This document shows, piece by piece, positions 1 through 14,340 of a stretch of DNA of 64,000 nt (its first letter is position 1; the number at the start of each line of letters is the position of its first letter). The notes under the pieces were generated by a model. The model saw nothing but the letters and a program-made list of their open reading frames with translations, was not told where the DNA came from and did not search any database. The translations under genes were made by a program, and so were the position numbers. Origin of the DNA: Octopus sinensis (Eukaryota); the NCBI RefSeq assembly GCF_006345805.1, contig NC_043006.1, forward strand, positions 100,440,001-100,504,000. Direction: 5' to 3'.

Positions 1-1033
1 AACTAATTGGTGCAGGCCGTACCTTAATCAGATCAAAATGACGGAAATAACATCAGGTGCTAACTGAGAAAAAGAAGAGTGAAAAATCAAAGGAAAAGTG
101 CAACACCGATGATGTTAGGGAAATGAAAATATCAAATAATAACGATCGCTACGAAATGAACTAAAAGCACGGCGAAAGAATTTCATTTAAATGCACGATG
201 TTCTCTGAACTGAAGCGAAGTAATTCGAGAACTGTGTGAACTAATTGATATTATCAAGATGTGATCTAATTCACCATGTTGTAAGGTTTATTGGCAATAA
301 GTGCACACAAGCTGTTGTTGGGTGGTATCTAAGAGATAGAAAGATATATATATATATAACCACTCAGTGGTTATAAAAGACAATGAGATAAAGAGTTACT
401 TAAAGAGTTCGGTGACAAATTGAAAACAAGGTTGAAATCAAAGGCAAAATATAAGAACATTGCAAACAGTAAGAAATAAGGAGATATGATGATCTGGTGT
501 AAAGGAGAAATATATATTCGAAATTATATATACTATATACACCCTACCTTCACCCCGTAACTAATAGTTGCTTTTAGACACAAACGTACATATGTAGCCC
601 TGAGTAGAAAATTAATTTTAGGCTTTCTAATAAGCGCTCTGTCGTACGTAGAAGATTTGTTTATTAATTTAATCACGCTGGCGACGAACGTGTGGTTTGC
701 GGCCTAGTTTAGTCATCGCAAATAAAATCAGGTTTGTGTTTCACTTAAATAGCGATTGTTGTAATTTCCGTTCGTAGAATACTTGTCTCCTGATAAGTAG
801 TAGACAACCGGCTTTGAAACAAGTGAAGATAATCCTCTTTCATTTTTCTGTGTAAAAACAATAAAATATATTGTGACATTTCAATGTTGGTTTATAAAAA
901 TGTTCTCACAATAAAAAAAAAATGTGTTTAGATTTGTGCGAGTTCCACAGAAAAGGTTTTATGAACTGGTTTCACTACATTAAATTTGCCGTGCTTCCTC
1001 TAATAGACGCTGCCATGTGCATAGAACATTTGC

Positions 1034-1079
<46 letters not shown>

Positions 1080-2000
1080 TGTGTGTATGTTTGTGTATGT
1101 GTGTGGGTGCGTGTGTGTGTATATATTCATACACATTTACCTATGTATGTATATATATATATAAAGATGTCTATTTATGGATTTATGTATGCCTGATTGA
1201 TGGGATACACGTATATGTTAAAAGAATTGGAAAGCAGTCACTCAGAAGATATAAATGAGCGTCGAAACCGCAACAACTAAAATCTATGGGAAAAAAATAT
1301 TTCTGAAAAGTTTGTCACGGATTTAACCGAAAATACACGCAGATTTCAGTTGTTCTAATTTAATCAGATTTTTTTCTATATATTTTATTTTATATGACAA
1401 CGCACAATAGTTAACAATAAAACTGAACAAAACAAGAAGAACACAATACATTTATAACGTTCTCCATGATAAGTCAACGCTTTCAACATAACCTTTGACC
1501 TTTATAACTTTAAACCACAAAAGGTTTATTTTTGCGAGATTTCTTTTCTATTTATTACGATTTTTTAACATAAAAGTCTTCTATCTTCAAAAGTAAATAA
1601 ATCTTTCATCCATAAAGCAAACATGACGGAAATGTATATGTCACATACACACAAACACACACACACAGTTACACGTGCAGACGAACACACACACCCGCAA
1701 ACATATACGCACACAAACGCTTATACGCAAACACACATACACATGCAAACCAAACAAGCACACACACACACATATATATATATACACACTCATCCAACCA
1801 TATGTGCAAGCGTATATATATATATATATATATATGTAGATATATATAGATAGATAGATAGATATATAGATAGATAGATATATGTAATAGATACCAAGAT
1901 ACACCTAAAAATATATGTGTACGTTTGTGTATATATACAGACATATATACACATGTACATACCTATAGGCATATATGTATGTGAATATATGGATATATAC

Positions 2001-2037
<37 letters not shown>

Positions 2038-2755
2038 GCATATATATATATATCCAGAAACACATACGCAAGAACATACAACACACACACAGACACACAC
2101 ACTCGCATCTGTTTATGCACGTAGAAAGGTATCTCCACCTCTCTACATTAATATCTATAAGTACTTTCCTTTACACACAACAACAATAAATACAAGAGCA
2201 AAATGAAATAAAGAAAAAAAAACAACAGCAGCAACAATAACAGTATTTTATCAGAGAGGATAGGACTAATACTGAGGCTGGCTTTAGAAGGTAAACGTTG
2301 GTGGAAGACGGAAGTGGCTGGAAGTTTGATTGCTTTGCGGTGAAAAAAATGACTTCAAAGAGAAATGATACATCGCTTCCAAATAAATTCCGAAAAAATG
2401 TTTGACAGATGGTATCTTTTATGCTTTCCTCTATAATGGCAGAAAAACAACAAATAAACATCTGTGAAGCGTTGCATAGTTTTGAACTCGGAGCAGTTTT
2501 GGGGAGGATTTTTATAGCCGTTCGTTTCTTGTGTTTTCGTTTAAATTTTGTTACATTTTATTTTGTGATTGTCAAACAGAGAATGTTCATTTTTAATTCG
2601 ACTTTTTCGTCTTTTGCAATTTTTGCATAGCTAAAATTCTCTATAAACCGATGTTGGTTGTACATACACATACTCATGCATATATATGTGTGTGTGTATG
2701 TCTGTGAGTGTATGTGTGTGAACCTATATGTGTATGTCTGTACGTATATGTACAT

Positions 2756-2822
<67 letters not shown>

Positions 2823-3570
2823 ATGTATGTGCGTGTGCAGCGCTTACACATGCCAGTATAAATCTGTCCATTTCCCTGATTCTATACGCGTATGCTGAGT
2901 GTGGGGCTGTAATGTATATGTGCGCCGGTGTGTATATATCTGCATGTGCGTTTAATACAGTGGATACATATTAATAACTGACCACAATACGATACAGAAA
3001 TGAAAGCGAAAGTAATCTTCACACCCTGCACTCCACCTATTTGTCTGCTGGAGGAAACAACTTCAGCCGTATCAGCAGAAACACAATAAACTGTATATAA
3101 ATATGAATGTGGGACTGAAACACATATCACATGCAATGTGTGCTATTAAATGCAACTAAAACGCAATTGCACACACATAAACGCACATTGTATACACGCA
3201 TTGCGACTCAAATAAATTGCAATCGTCAGAATATCAGAGACGGGTGACACATGTAGATAAAATTTAGAAGCCCTATTATTCCTCACACCCAACCGTATTG
3301 AGGAGGACCCTTTTTGTTGCTTTTTTAATTAATTTCTCGGCCTGTCATAGCGATGGCTTTACCACAGATTTCCTGTGCAAGGGTCTCCATCTATCATGTG
3401 TCAGGTATTTATATGTATTTAAGGTTCTTCACGCCAATTAAAATTACAAGCACATACAATCGTATACACAATAACACACACATACATACATACACATGCA
3501 TACATATATACACAAGCATACATATATACACAAGCACATATTCACATGAACGTAGCAACACACAAGTAAA

Positions 3571-4029
3571 TCTTTATATATAAAAGAGAGGTTGTGTGCT
3601 GTCTGTCTCCTACGATTTAGATTCCTAACTACTCCCACATTTTGCGGTGCAGTTTAACCAAAAGCAGGTATCATATAGTCGTGATTCATATCGAGCCCTT
3701 CTGGGTGTTAGCGCGCGTCTACGATGAGTCTACGATTTTCTTCGCTATTATATAAGGGAAGTAACTCTCTAAAAATGTCTACGATAAGTCAACGATTTAA
3801 AAAAAAATTACCATCATTTTTTTCCATTTTAATGCATTTTTTCGCTATTATATAAGGGAAGTAACTCTCTAAAAATGTCTACGATGAGTCAACGATTTTT
3901 AAAAAAAAATTACCATCATTTTTTTTCCATTTTTAATGCATTTTTTGCTATTTTTGGCTATAACTCTCTAAAAATGCTTATATAGTTATTTCCCTTACAA
4001 ACCCGAGCAACGCCGGGCGATACTGCTAG
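3571..4029 (+). mobile_element. Non-autonomous Helitron-like element
   Basis: Starts TCTTTATATATAAAA after an A. Ends with hairpin CCCGAGCAACGCCGGG, then CTAG followed by T (A|T insertion, no TSD). Internal ~100-bp tandem duplication (TTCGCTATTATATAAGGGAAGTAACTCTCT at 3741 and 3842). Confidence 0.7.
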
Positions 4030-4861
4030 TAAAATATATAAAGATGCAAGAAAACACCACAAGGAATGGCTAATATCTGAAATAGATTAAAAAGGTTCAG
4101 AAGATATTTGTCGACAAGACATCAGTCACCGCCAATCAATTAAGCAATATATCAATCAATAAATGTACAACAAAATTAAACTACTCATTTCACTGAGGTG
4201 GAATAATATTTGTCTCAACATTACCCTCCATCAGTTTCTCGCTTCCGATTTCCAGACTGTTAGTTTGTATTCGAATCTCTCTGCGTTGAGCATAGAACAA
4301 CAAGATACAGGGAATCAAGGAGAAAAATACTTAATCTTTGCTTGGAGATATAAATATAAATATATCTCCAAATATCTCTCCAAATGAGACCGACTTTGCC
4401 ATGAAGAATCAATAAACGCAGCTATAAATATATTTCACAATGACATTACGTGATAGATTTAGTAAAAAGCTACGCAACCGACATTCTAGAAGAAAAGAAT
4501 TTAAGATGTATGAGGGTGAGTCAAAAAGTATTACATTTTGTATCATAAGAACCTCACTTCTCAATGAAATTACTCGATATTTGGCACGGACGTTACGGGA
4601 CGAATACTCTTGATCTTTAATTATCAAATTTTGGTTCCTTTTTTTGCAGATATATGAATAAATGAGCAGATAAAATGGTTGCCCTGTGAGAGATCGATCA
4701 GAAACAAAGAATAATAAATGAGCTCTTGGTTACCGGAGGAGAACCTCCCGTAAATATTCGCAAAATACTGAAAACAGTTCACAAACATAACGTGTAGAGA
4801 TGAGCTCACTGTCTGAATGGGAATTCAAATGACCGAAATAACTGGAAGAGACATACAACAT

Positions 4862-5112
4862 AAAGATTATTCTCTTTCTTCAGTTGTCCCTAAAATCCCA
4901 AATTTTATTTAACTTGCTTTGCGGAAAGGACTGTTTCAAAGAAGTGGCGTCTTGTCCTTACCTTCTAAAACGCGGAGAAGATGAAACAGGGACAACTGTA
5001 GAAGGGGAATATTCTTTATGTTGTATGTCTCGTTTCTCTGTTTTTGTTTTTATGTCTTCGTTTCTCATTGTATTCAACGTTTTTTTTTATGTCCTGTACC
5101 CATATATGCATG
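4862..5112 (+). repeat. Interspersed repeat fragment, same family as 14003-14340 and 15843-15970 (opposite orientation), ending in (TA)n
   Basis: Shared terminus GTACCCATATATGCA / TGCATATATGGGTAC. Shared internal ACAACTG(AT)GAAGGG..TTCTTT motif. Confidence 0.5.
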
Positions 5113-5143
5113 TACATATACATATATATGTAAGTATGCACAT

Positions 5144-5190
<47 letters not shown>

Positions 5191-5301
5191 GCATATATCT
5201 ATATATTATTTATATTATTACATGATCGAACGCCACGCATTCTTTTGCAAGTAAGTTTTATCATATTATTATATATATATATAATATATATATATTATAT
5301 A

Positions 5302-5332
<31 letters not shown>

Positions 5333-5518
5333 ATACATTACATATATATATATATAATGATGGTTTGTTGCCAGCTTAATGTGTCATTGCCAGGAAAGGG
5401 AATAATGCTACTGCTATTTAGCGCCACGAAACACCGTTTCTAGTTGGCTACATGACACAAGTACTATTAAGTTTTCAAACAGGGGAGATAAACACCTCCA
5501 TCCAACAAAGCGAGCAAT

Positions 5519-5561
5519 CAGAAACTAGTTTCAGGGTAGCTTCTCTCTCTTCATCAGTCTG
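5519..5561 (-). ncRNA. Minimal type I hammerhead ribozyme-like motif (slightly degenerate)
   Basis: Minus strand reads CAGA-CUGAUGA-AGAG..CCCU-GAAAC-UA-GUU-UCUG. Stem I CAGA/UCUG, stem II has one mismatch, palindromic stem III ACUAGU. Confidence 0.55.
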
Positions 5562-5758
5562 GAGTAGCTTCGCCTTGCTAGCTGTCGGTGTTAAATCGAT
5601 GCTGAAAACTTATAGAACTGAAGGGAAATTAGTCTCTGGTTGCTGACTTTGTTGGGTGGAGGTACTTTTCATCTCTGTTTGAATATATTAAATACTGTAA
5701 GATTTTGGATAATTTTCCCTTTGATATATATATATAACATATATACACGCACACACAG

Positions 5759-5861
<103 letters not shown>

Positions 5862-5867
5862 CACACA

Positions 5868-6078
5868 CACGAGAGGATGCTGAAAAGTTTTGGGTAAAAG
5901 AAAATGCAGGAGGATCAGTTGATTATGATTCTATTCAAATTATTCCTCTCTCAGATTCACGCACTTTTTGCAGAGGTCCTACAGTTTTTCTAATCCCCGT
6001 AAAAGAACTCGGAAGGTTGGGCCTCTAGCTAGGCCCTTCGTATCAGCCTTAAAACTAGTAACTTTTCAGAACCCCCTT
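5868..6078. mobile_element. Mariner-derived MITE (same family as 7006-7206)
   Basis: TIR-like ends ACGAGAGGATGCTGAAAAGTT ... AACTTTTCAGAACCCC. Internal similarity (TTTTGGGTAAAAGAAAAT..AGGA..AGTT) to the 7006 copy. Confidence 0.6.
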
Positions 6079-6580
6079 CTTTGTCAAACTAATGGCTATG
6101 GATTAGATATTGTATATATATTCTATTCACACCTCGATCTATCAGTGGTGTGTTGAGAAATTAATTTACTTACCGTTGATATTGGGAGTTCTTGTCTTTG
6201 TATGTGCTTCTGTCTGTGCGTGCGTGTTTCTATTCATAAAACTTTGCGTCTTCTAAATAACGAGTTCTCAAATTTGTAACTTTGTTAACGTTTCTAACTC
6301 TATCAATGGTGTCTATATTTTGGACTAGTTTGTCTTTTTTTTTTCGTTTTTTTGTCTTGCCAGTATGTCTGTAATCACATTCATTTTGTTTATACTTCAC
6401 CTTTCCTTCAGGCAAAAATAACGATTATAAAGAGACAATATGATCAACTTGTAATATCTATTCTATCAAATAAATGCAATTTTATTCTGCAATTGCTTTG
6501 TATTGAGTACACTATTCACAGTCTCTCATTTCCCACTCTGTCAATAAACGCGTGCGCGCACGCACACACACTCATATGTA

Positions 6581-7003
6581 CAGGGTAATTCAAAATGAAT
6601 GCAAAAATGTAAATATACACGTGAGTGTTGTAATGAAATATATTGAAAAAATACAGATGTAACATGAAAGGTTAACTCTTCAAGTTGCTACTGTCAGTCA
6701 AAGATTATCAATGAGAGCATCCTTTGCCACACAGGCAGACGTCTAACGATAGTGGAGTTCTTTCAATATGTTTTCCAGCATGGGATGAATAACAGAGTAG
6801 ACCATGTCACCTATCCGCCAAATCATTAACCCCACTACGGCAAATCCAACGTTCTGTAAGATGGTGGTTGAGGTAACCGCGCACATGTCTATGCTAACGT
6901 GGCGATCACCCGTCTTCCTGCATAATGGAGTTTGGTACCTCTTCTTCCAACTGGTGTAACAACCAAACGGAGAGTATCGTACCATTCATTTTGAATTGCC
7001 CTG
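6581..7003. mobile_element. Tc1/mariner-type non-autonomous DNA transposon
   Basis: TIRs CAGGGTAATTCAAAATGAATG / CATTCATTTTGAATTGCCCTG, flanked by TA on both sides. Confidence 0.8.
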
Positions 7004-7005
7004 TA

Positions 7006-7206
7006 TATGAGTAGGCGTCGAAAAGTTCTTGCTTTTGGGTAAAAGAAAATACAGAAGGATTAGTTAAGTATGATTTTATCCAACATATTCTCCTCTCATA
7101 TTCACATACTTTTTAGAGCAGCCCTTCAGTAATCCGGAAGGTTGGATCTCAACCCAGGCCATTTGCGACACCCTTAAAACCAAGAACATTCTAGTAGCCC
7201 GTCGTA
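7006..7206. mobile_element. Mariner-derived MITE
   Basis: Degenerate TIRs TATGAG..GAAAAGTTCTTG / CAAGAACATTC..CGTCGTA. Homologous to 5868-6078. Confidence 0.55.
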
Positions 7207-7261
7207 TATGTATTTTTGTATGTATTTATAAATATATATATATATTTATTTATATATATAT

Positions 7262-7620
7262 ATAATCAAAATAAGCTATATGAATATCATCGGTAATTTG
7301 GTACGATCTCTAGAGATCTCTGTCTGTATATCTACCCTCTTTATAATGTTATCAATTAACATGGAAATAAGTATACGTATTGATGGACAACCTCAGTAAA
7401 TGGCTGATGATTGCTCAACATTTTCAAGCTGTTGTAATTATTACAATGTTTAATAAAATGATGTCGCGTGAAACGATTGTACCAAATTACCAAAGATATT
7501 CTTGTTACTTATTTTGATTATAATGACCCCATGGATTTATATGGATAACACCGTACAAAATTCTGGTGCATCTGACTTAAGTACCATATTCATTTGAATC
7601 TAAATTTTGCTGAACTTATA
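7262..7620 (+). mobile_element. Hammerhead-bearing element in (TA)n with short inverted left arm (decayed)
   Basis: 7262-7304 is an inverted copy of 7476-7521. Plus strand 7401-7484 reads UGG-CUGAUGA-(long, imperfect stem II)-GAAAC-GAUU-GUA-CCA. Confidence 0.55.
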
Positions 7621-7768
7621 TATATACATATACATCTATAAATTCAATATAGCTGACGACTGGCATCACGTTTGAAACTCAAGAGTACCAATGAATTGGA
7701 ATCAAACTCTTTTGATCCATACATACACATATATGTGTGTGCATGTGTGTGTGTGTGTGTGTGTGTGT

Positions 7769-8090
7769 GGAGGCTCGTGGCTTAGTGGTTAGGGTATTCT
7801 GCTCGCGTTCGTAGGGTCACGAGTTCGATTTCCGGCGGCGCATTGTGTCCTCGAGCAAAACACTTTATTTGACGTTGCTACAATTCACTCAGCTAATAAA
7901 AATGAGTTGTGTCTGTATTTCAAGGGGCCAGCCTTGTCACACTCTGTGTCACGTTGAATCGCCGTGAGAAGTATGAGAAGGGGTACGCGTGTCTGTGGAG
8001 TGCCCAATCACGTGAAATTAATCTCACGAGCAAGCTGTTCCGTTGATCAGATCAACTGGAAACCCCGTCGTTGTAAGCGACACAGTGCCA
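7769..8090 (+). mobile_element. tRNA-derived SINE
   Basis: A-box TGGCTTAGTGG and B-box GAGTTCGATTTCC. 3' half shared with 8679-8998 and 12440-12690. Confidence 0.8.
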
Positions 8091-8177
8091 CTCTCTCCTC
8101 TCCCTCTCTATTTCTTACTTTTTTTCTCTCTCTCTCTCAATATCTCAATATATATATATATAGATATATATATATAT

Positions 8178-8230
<53 letters not shown>

Positions 8231-8678
8231 ATATTATATATATATATTGACACATGTATATCTATGTATTTTTACATGCACATACACACAAAAACACACA
8301 CTCAGACACACACACACACACATATATATTTATATATACACGTATATAATTAACACTGTCTTCATGTGGACGTTCATCTGTAGTGACGACCTGACCATCT
8401 TTTCAATGGTAACCAATCATTTGGGGTTTTGAACCAGATAAAAAATTACCTTCCCCTAAAACATTTTCAGTTAAGTTTTCACACATCTCTTAAGATATTA
8501 TGATAATCTGAAACCACATACACACCTTATAAACATTACTTCTACTATATTGCTTATGTCTTAATTGAAGACCGTCAGTGACATTTAAATACATGTTCCC
8601 CTTCCTCACTCTATTTATCCTCCCATCTCTTTTACTTTGTCACTCAGTTTGTCTGTATCTTTGTGTCTCTGTGTATGT

Positions 8679-8998
8679 GGAGGCGCAATGGCCCAGTGGT
8701 TAGGGCAGCGGACTCGCGGTCGTAGGATCGCGGTTTCGATTCCCAGACCGGGCGTTGTGGGTGTTTATTGAGCGAAAACACCTAAAGTACTCTTTCACCA
8801 CAACTTTCTCTCACTCTTACTTCCTGTTTCTGTTGTACCTGTATTTCACTCTCTGTGTCACGCTGAATATCCCCGAGAACTACGTTAAGGGTACACGTGT
8901 CTGTGGAGTGCTCAGCCACTTACACGTTAATTTCACGAGCAGGCTGTTCCGTTGATTCGGATCAACCGGAACCCTCATCGTCGTAACCGATGTAGTGC
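8679..8998 (+). mobile_element. tRNA-derived SINE
   Basis: GGAGGCGCAATGGCCCAGTGGTTAGGGCAGCGGACT...GGTTTCGATTCC tRNA-like head. Shared tail GAGAACTACGTTAAGGGTACACGTGTCTGTGGAGTG. Confidence 0.85.
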
Positions 8999-9049
8999 TT
9001 CCTTTGTTATGCGTGACTATATTTGAAGTGGATCCGCGAAAAGAGATGG

Positions 9050-9574
9050 TCATCTTACTTGTTTCAGTCTTTTGACTGCGGCCATACTGGGGAACCGCCT
9101 TGAAGGGTTTTAGCCGCACAAATTGCACAAATAGATCCCAGGAGTTTTTAAAGCCTAGTACATATTATATCGGTCTTTTTGCGGGGACAAATCACACCAA
9201 CACCGGTACTCAAGCGGTGTGGTCGGACAAGCACCGATACAAAGACACACACATAGATATGCACATATATACGGTGAACTTTCCCATAGAAGACGTCGTA
9301 TTAGCGTCCGGCTTTTTTGCCGAACGCCCTGCAAAACTGATTTGTTTATAGTGATCAAATGTTCATGCCGCACATTAGCTGACTCTCTCTCTCTATTAAA
9401 TCGACTTTATCTGAATAGGTGCACTGTGGACCACGTGTCAAGTGTCGTAGTGACTGCAAAGCAAAGTGAGATGAAGTGTTTTGCTGAAGAGCTCAATGCA
9501 CCACCCGTTCTAGGAACTGAAACCACGATCTAGCGATCATAAGCGCAACACCCTAACCACTAGGACTTGCGCCA
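9050..9574 (-). mobile_element. Two adjacent minus-strand SINE pieces (3' tail 9050-9240; head-containing piece ~9280-9574)
   Basis: The reverse complement gives a GGCGCAAGTCCTAGTGGTTAGGGTGTTG head and a CCCCAGTATGGCCGCAGTCAAAAGACTGAAACAAGTAAGA tail as in 61840-62232. Confidence 0.65.
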
Positions 9575-10984
9575 TATATATTGGTTAGTTTTAATATCAT
9601 AATAAATTATACTGTACGTTAGTAAGGTCCTGCCAAGCAAAATTGCATAAAACAGCCAACCATTTTAAAATCAATTCCAGCTGCCATTAGTTTCAAAATT
9701 TGGTACAAAGCCAGCAAGCTCGAAGGAGCGAATATTGCAAAGAATGTGCTCCACATTTTGACAGATACCATTTCTAAGGCAGCAAGGATAAATTTAGTCT
9801 TCTATTGGATGAATATAATGACATTGCTAACAAGCGTCTGGAAATGGTTATAAAATATTTCTGTAAATTTTAGCAAGCGTTATGCAAATTAAATATTAAC
9901 AGTCTATCGTCTATCACAAATTAAAAAGCCACTATCATGATGGGAGTTAAAATAACGGTGCCTATCAGATTTTAAAAGAAGCTTCGTTATTATAACATCT
10001 TATTAGGCGGGGAGCTGACACAGTCGTTAGCACACCGTTGGTTTTTTTTTTTTTTCTGCGACATGTGAAGGCCACCAGTTAATTCTCTTTTGGAATCAAT
10101 TAATCTAATTGTAATTGATACAACCCAGCGTTGAATGACAATAAAATAACGTTTTGCTTTTTCCTACAAGAATCCACATTTCTAATAGTGAAAATGTTAT
10201 GACAGAAATTATATATCAGAGAAATGTTATAAAGAAAATCGTTTTCGAGATGTAGCAGTATTTATTCTTAACCTCTTAATATATTACCTACCTCAAGTAC
10301 CGAGGGAGAAAATTTATATGGTAGCTCGAATGTTATCAAAACAAATTTAAGAAATGAAATGCAACCATCAACACTTGGGAGATTTTCTCTGTAAAATATG
10401 GCCTGAAACCACTTACCTTAAAGTATCAATAAATAATATTGGCACAGTGGATATATATATATATATATATATCTAGCCCAGAAATGAAGTAGAAATAAAG
10501 GATTCATCAATTTAGATGCTGATCCAATATACCAGCAAATATTCCATTTCTACGCTTCAATGACAGGCATCAATTTTTATATATTGTTGCATTTTTCAGG
10601 AATTATTTTCGTAGGAATCTAACGTTAAACTGTAATTTGCATTTATCAACACCATTCTCGTTAGTTTTTAAAAGCGTAAAAGATTACGAGTCACTGCGGA
10701 CGCCTATACGTAGTCGTGCAGCCAGCTAGAAATAGCTGCTAAATCTCTATCCCACAGCAACTTATTAAAAGAGATTAGACTCCATGGTTACTGTGGTCCA
10801 AGATGCACAAAAGCGCCTCTCTACGCACTGTGCTTACAGATCTCTTCGGCTTCTTCGGTTGTAAGTTTAGTCAAACCATTATTGCTATTTTAAGAAATAC
10901 TACACTTTGTATAACACGCTAAAAATATCGAGGTGGACCTCAATGCCAGCACCTTCCAATTCAAATAATATTACAAACCATCTA

Positions 10985-11563
10985 AGGTGGCGAGCTAGCG
11001 GAAATGTTAGGACGCCGGGCGAAATGTTTAGCGGTATTTCGTGTGCCGTTACGTTCTGAGTTCAAATTCTGCCGAGGTCGACTTTGCCTTTCATCCTTTT
11101 GGGGTCGATTAAATAAGTACCAGTTACGCACTGTGGTCGATGTAATCGACTTAAACCGTTTGATCTCCTTGTTTGTCCCCTCTGTGTTTAGCCCCTTGCG
11201 GGTAGTAAATAAATAGGCATTTCGTCTGCCGCTACGTTCTGAATTCAAATTCCGCCGAGGTCGACTTTGCCTTTCATCTTTTCGGGGTCAATTAAATAAG
11301 TACCAGTTGCGTACTGGGGTCGATGTAATCGGCTTAATCCCTTTGTCTGTCCTTGTTTGTCCATGCTATGTTTAGCTCCTTGTGGGTAATAAGGAAATAG
11401 GTATTTCGTCTCTCTTTAAGTTCTTAGTTCAAATTCGGCCACGGTCGACATTGCCTTTCATCATTTCGGGGTCGATAAATTAAGTACCAGTAGCGTACTG
11501 GGGTTGATCTACTCGGCTGACCGCCTCCGCAAGAATTCCGGGCCTTGTACCTAGAGTAGAAAA
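10985..11563 (+). mobile_element. SINE with three tandem ~184-bp internal units
   Basis: Head GGTGGCGAGCTAGCGGAAATGTTAG. Units start at ~11035, 11218 and 11402, each with a (G)AGTTCAAATTC-like box and GCCTTTCATC..GGGGTC..AAGTACCAG. Confidence 0.8.
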
Positions 11564-12439
11564 TATCACAAACCATCTGGCTTCAGAGATACATGTTGGT
11601 GAATCTTTCTTTCGCAAATTGCTTGCATCTTCCTTATATCTAATTTCAACAAGAAATGTCTTTTCAAACCTCTTATTGTCTTTTTGTGCTTCAGAAATAA
11701 ATAAACCATACCTTGCTATAGTTCCTTAAACAATTTTGGGTTGTGTATCCCAATTCATATAAATTGTGTATCTCAATTTATATTTTATATTTATTTATGC
11801 ATAGCATCAGTATTTTAACTCCTTCCTGTCTTACTACTTAGCAGTGAGAAGAACTATATCTTCCTGCTCATCTAATTCAACAATTTCATGAGTTACAACG
11901 CTCCATTGGTCCACATGATTTCCGTTAGCAAAAATTGCTATTTTCGTTCTCCTCTTACAATATTATATGCAACGACTGAGTGCATTTTCCTTTTCGATTT
12001 AGCTGAGTGATCATAATCTTGCCTCCTCTCTTTTTCACTTTTCCCATTCATTCAATTTATATACCACTATTTTCTTTCTTTCTCTTCTGCAGTCTTATCT
12101 TTTAAAACAGGAATAGTTTCATTTTTCACTAAATATTTCATCTTCTCCAATATTTTCTGGTTCAGGACTTCTCTACTTCTCGTTAATTGGACTTTTATAT
12201 TCTTCATTTATAACAATATCTTAAGCATTTCACTCAAGTTCTTTACCTACTCGCAACATCAATTTATCTATATTATTGAGGTACCTTCACCAGTTGACAC
12301 TATTTCGAAACACTCAGTCTTTTTGACTTTTTGAATTTCTCACCGACAAATAAATCTTGAAGAGCGTAACTCCTCACATTAGATGTCACTGGTCTCATTC
12401 TTTCACTAATCTCTGCTTAGATGTGGTGAACCCTGCAGG

Positions 12440-12690
12440 GGATGGTGGTGAACCCTGCTGTACTCTTTCACCACAACTTTCTCTCGCTCTTTCTTCCCGT
12501 TTCTCTTGTACCTGTATTTCAAAGGGCCAGCCTTGTCACTCTCTGTGTCACGCTGAATCTCCTCGAGAACTACGTTAAGGGTACACGTGTCTGTGGAGTG
12601 CTCAGCCACTTGCACGTTAATATAACGAGCAAGCTGTTCCGTTGATCGTATCAGCTGGGACCCTCATCGTCGCAACCGACGGAGTGCTCC
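12440..12690 (+). mobile_element. SINE 3' portion
   Basis: Near-identical to the tail of 8679-8998. Confidence 0.75.
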
Positions 12691-13923
12691 TATAGTGTAT
12701 TTTGGCACTCGTAATGCCAGTTTATCTGGACCACATTATTAGGAATACCGAAGCGCATTCTTAGCACTGATAGCCCATGCCAGGACAAACTCTGGGCCAC
12801 ACGATATTTATATGCTTTTCTCATTACATAAATTATTCTCACATTTGGTACCATTGCTAAATAAACGATTTGAAGCAGTAATAAATGTTTCAATGTTGAG
12901 TTTTAAATAGCTATTCATTTTTCCTAGCAATTTACGTTAACATCTTCCACATCGTTGCTTATAAAACAAATAAAGAAGTTCAAAATAAGATAGGTTCGCC
13001 AAAAATATATTCTTAATGATAAATTCCTTTTTCTTTATTTTAATTAATGTCGTAGCAGAGTTTAAAGTACATGCAGAATCTATTGCTTATTCTAAGCGAG
13101 TCTCTTCAAATCCAGACTAAATTTGTCATTAGATTTCTCCCAAAGTTGAGGTTTATAAAGCTATGATAAATCTGACATGAGCCAAAGATTTTTTTTATAA
13201 CTCAGTTCTAAGAATTCATCTGAATATTTAATATTTTGGAAATATCCGGTGCCAGTTCCCCTTGTAAGCCATGGGTAATCTGGTGGTTGATTGTCTTGTT
13301 TCTCTTCTGGGGCGTCCACTTAGACGTTTTGCCATGCTATGCAATTTTCAAAATGCAGTAATCTTTTAGCATCATATTATTCAAGGGGGTGCGAAAGTAA
13401 ACATAAGACAACGTATACAGACGGGACATCTATTAGTAATCGGTCGACTCGTTACATATAACAGCTAAGTCTCCTTCATATTATCACCTTTAATCTTTAA
13501 AAAGACACATGAGATGATGTGGTCTTTCAGCCCGTCTCAGATGGTAGCCACATCCCACTCACAATCGTAACTGCCTCATATTTGTTGATAATGTACGTAC
13601 TCCTATTAAATGTAGCAGGCATAGAGGAAATTACAACCTACGCCCTACAAGAGACACGCTCAATCAGCGATCCATCATACATTACAAACGAATGAATAAT
13701 TTCTCACTATAGATCTTCTCCATTATGTTTACTCTGGGGTTTCCATACAAATATTCACATTAACACATAAAGAGAGAAACACAATACCGCTACTTTAAAC
13801 GTTATTTTAATACACACACATATGCAGCCATACATGTATCTATCTATCTATCTATCTATCTATATATATATATCTATTTGTATATATATATATATATATA
13901 CACATACCTGTATATATTTATGC

Positions 13924-13969
<46 letters not shown>

Positions 13970-14002
13970 ATATTTATGCGTGTATATATATATATATATA
14001 TA

Positions 14003-14340
14003 TGCATATATGGGTACATGATGTCAGCAGCAGTAAACAACGTGAAGTAGGAAAACAAGCGAGTTAAATACGTAAAGAACGAGAGAAAAATTGAAAACAG
14101 GACAAGTAGCACAAAGAACGACCCGTCATCAGCTGTCGGTTGTCTATCTACTCCACATTTCGAGTATTTAACAACAATATAAGAATTCGAAGACAGTTGC
14201 TCCCATAACTTACAACATAAATTTTGGATTTTTTGGGACAGTGGAGACATACAAGGAAACCGAACGAAAACAAATATGGAGAGTCGTTACACCAGAACGA
14301 CGGGAAAATAGTGAACGCTGGAATAAATATTTTCTTTGAA
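14003..14340 (-). repeat. Interspersed repeat anchored in (TA)n (family of 4862-5112 and 15843-15970)
   Basis: Clear similarity to 15843-15970 (AACAACGAGAGAAAAA..GAAAACAGGACA.GTA.CACAAAGAACGACCC). Confidence 0.6.

Noticed and set aside
4509-4545. Mariner TIR-like starts (TATGAGGGTGAGTCAAAAAG; also TACGAGCGTCTTCGAAAAG at 43408)
   Set aside because: No matching second TIR found, so element limits cannot be defined.
7769-8760. tRNA-like sequences (also at 17600-17670, 45066 and 61840)
   Set aside because: They continue into shared SINE bodies and lack a complete acceptor stem; they are SINE heads, not tRNA genes.
11580-12400. Purine-rich minus-strand stretch resembling a decayed LINE ORF1
   Set aside because: Many stops and no motif I can identify.
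14115-14170. Minus-strand GAAA...CUGAUGA arrangement suggesting a type II hammerhead
   Set aside because: No convincing stem I or stem III could be formed by eye.
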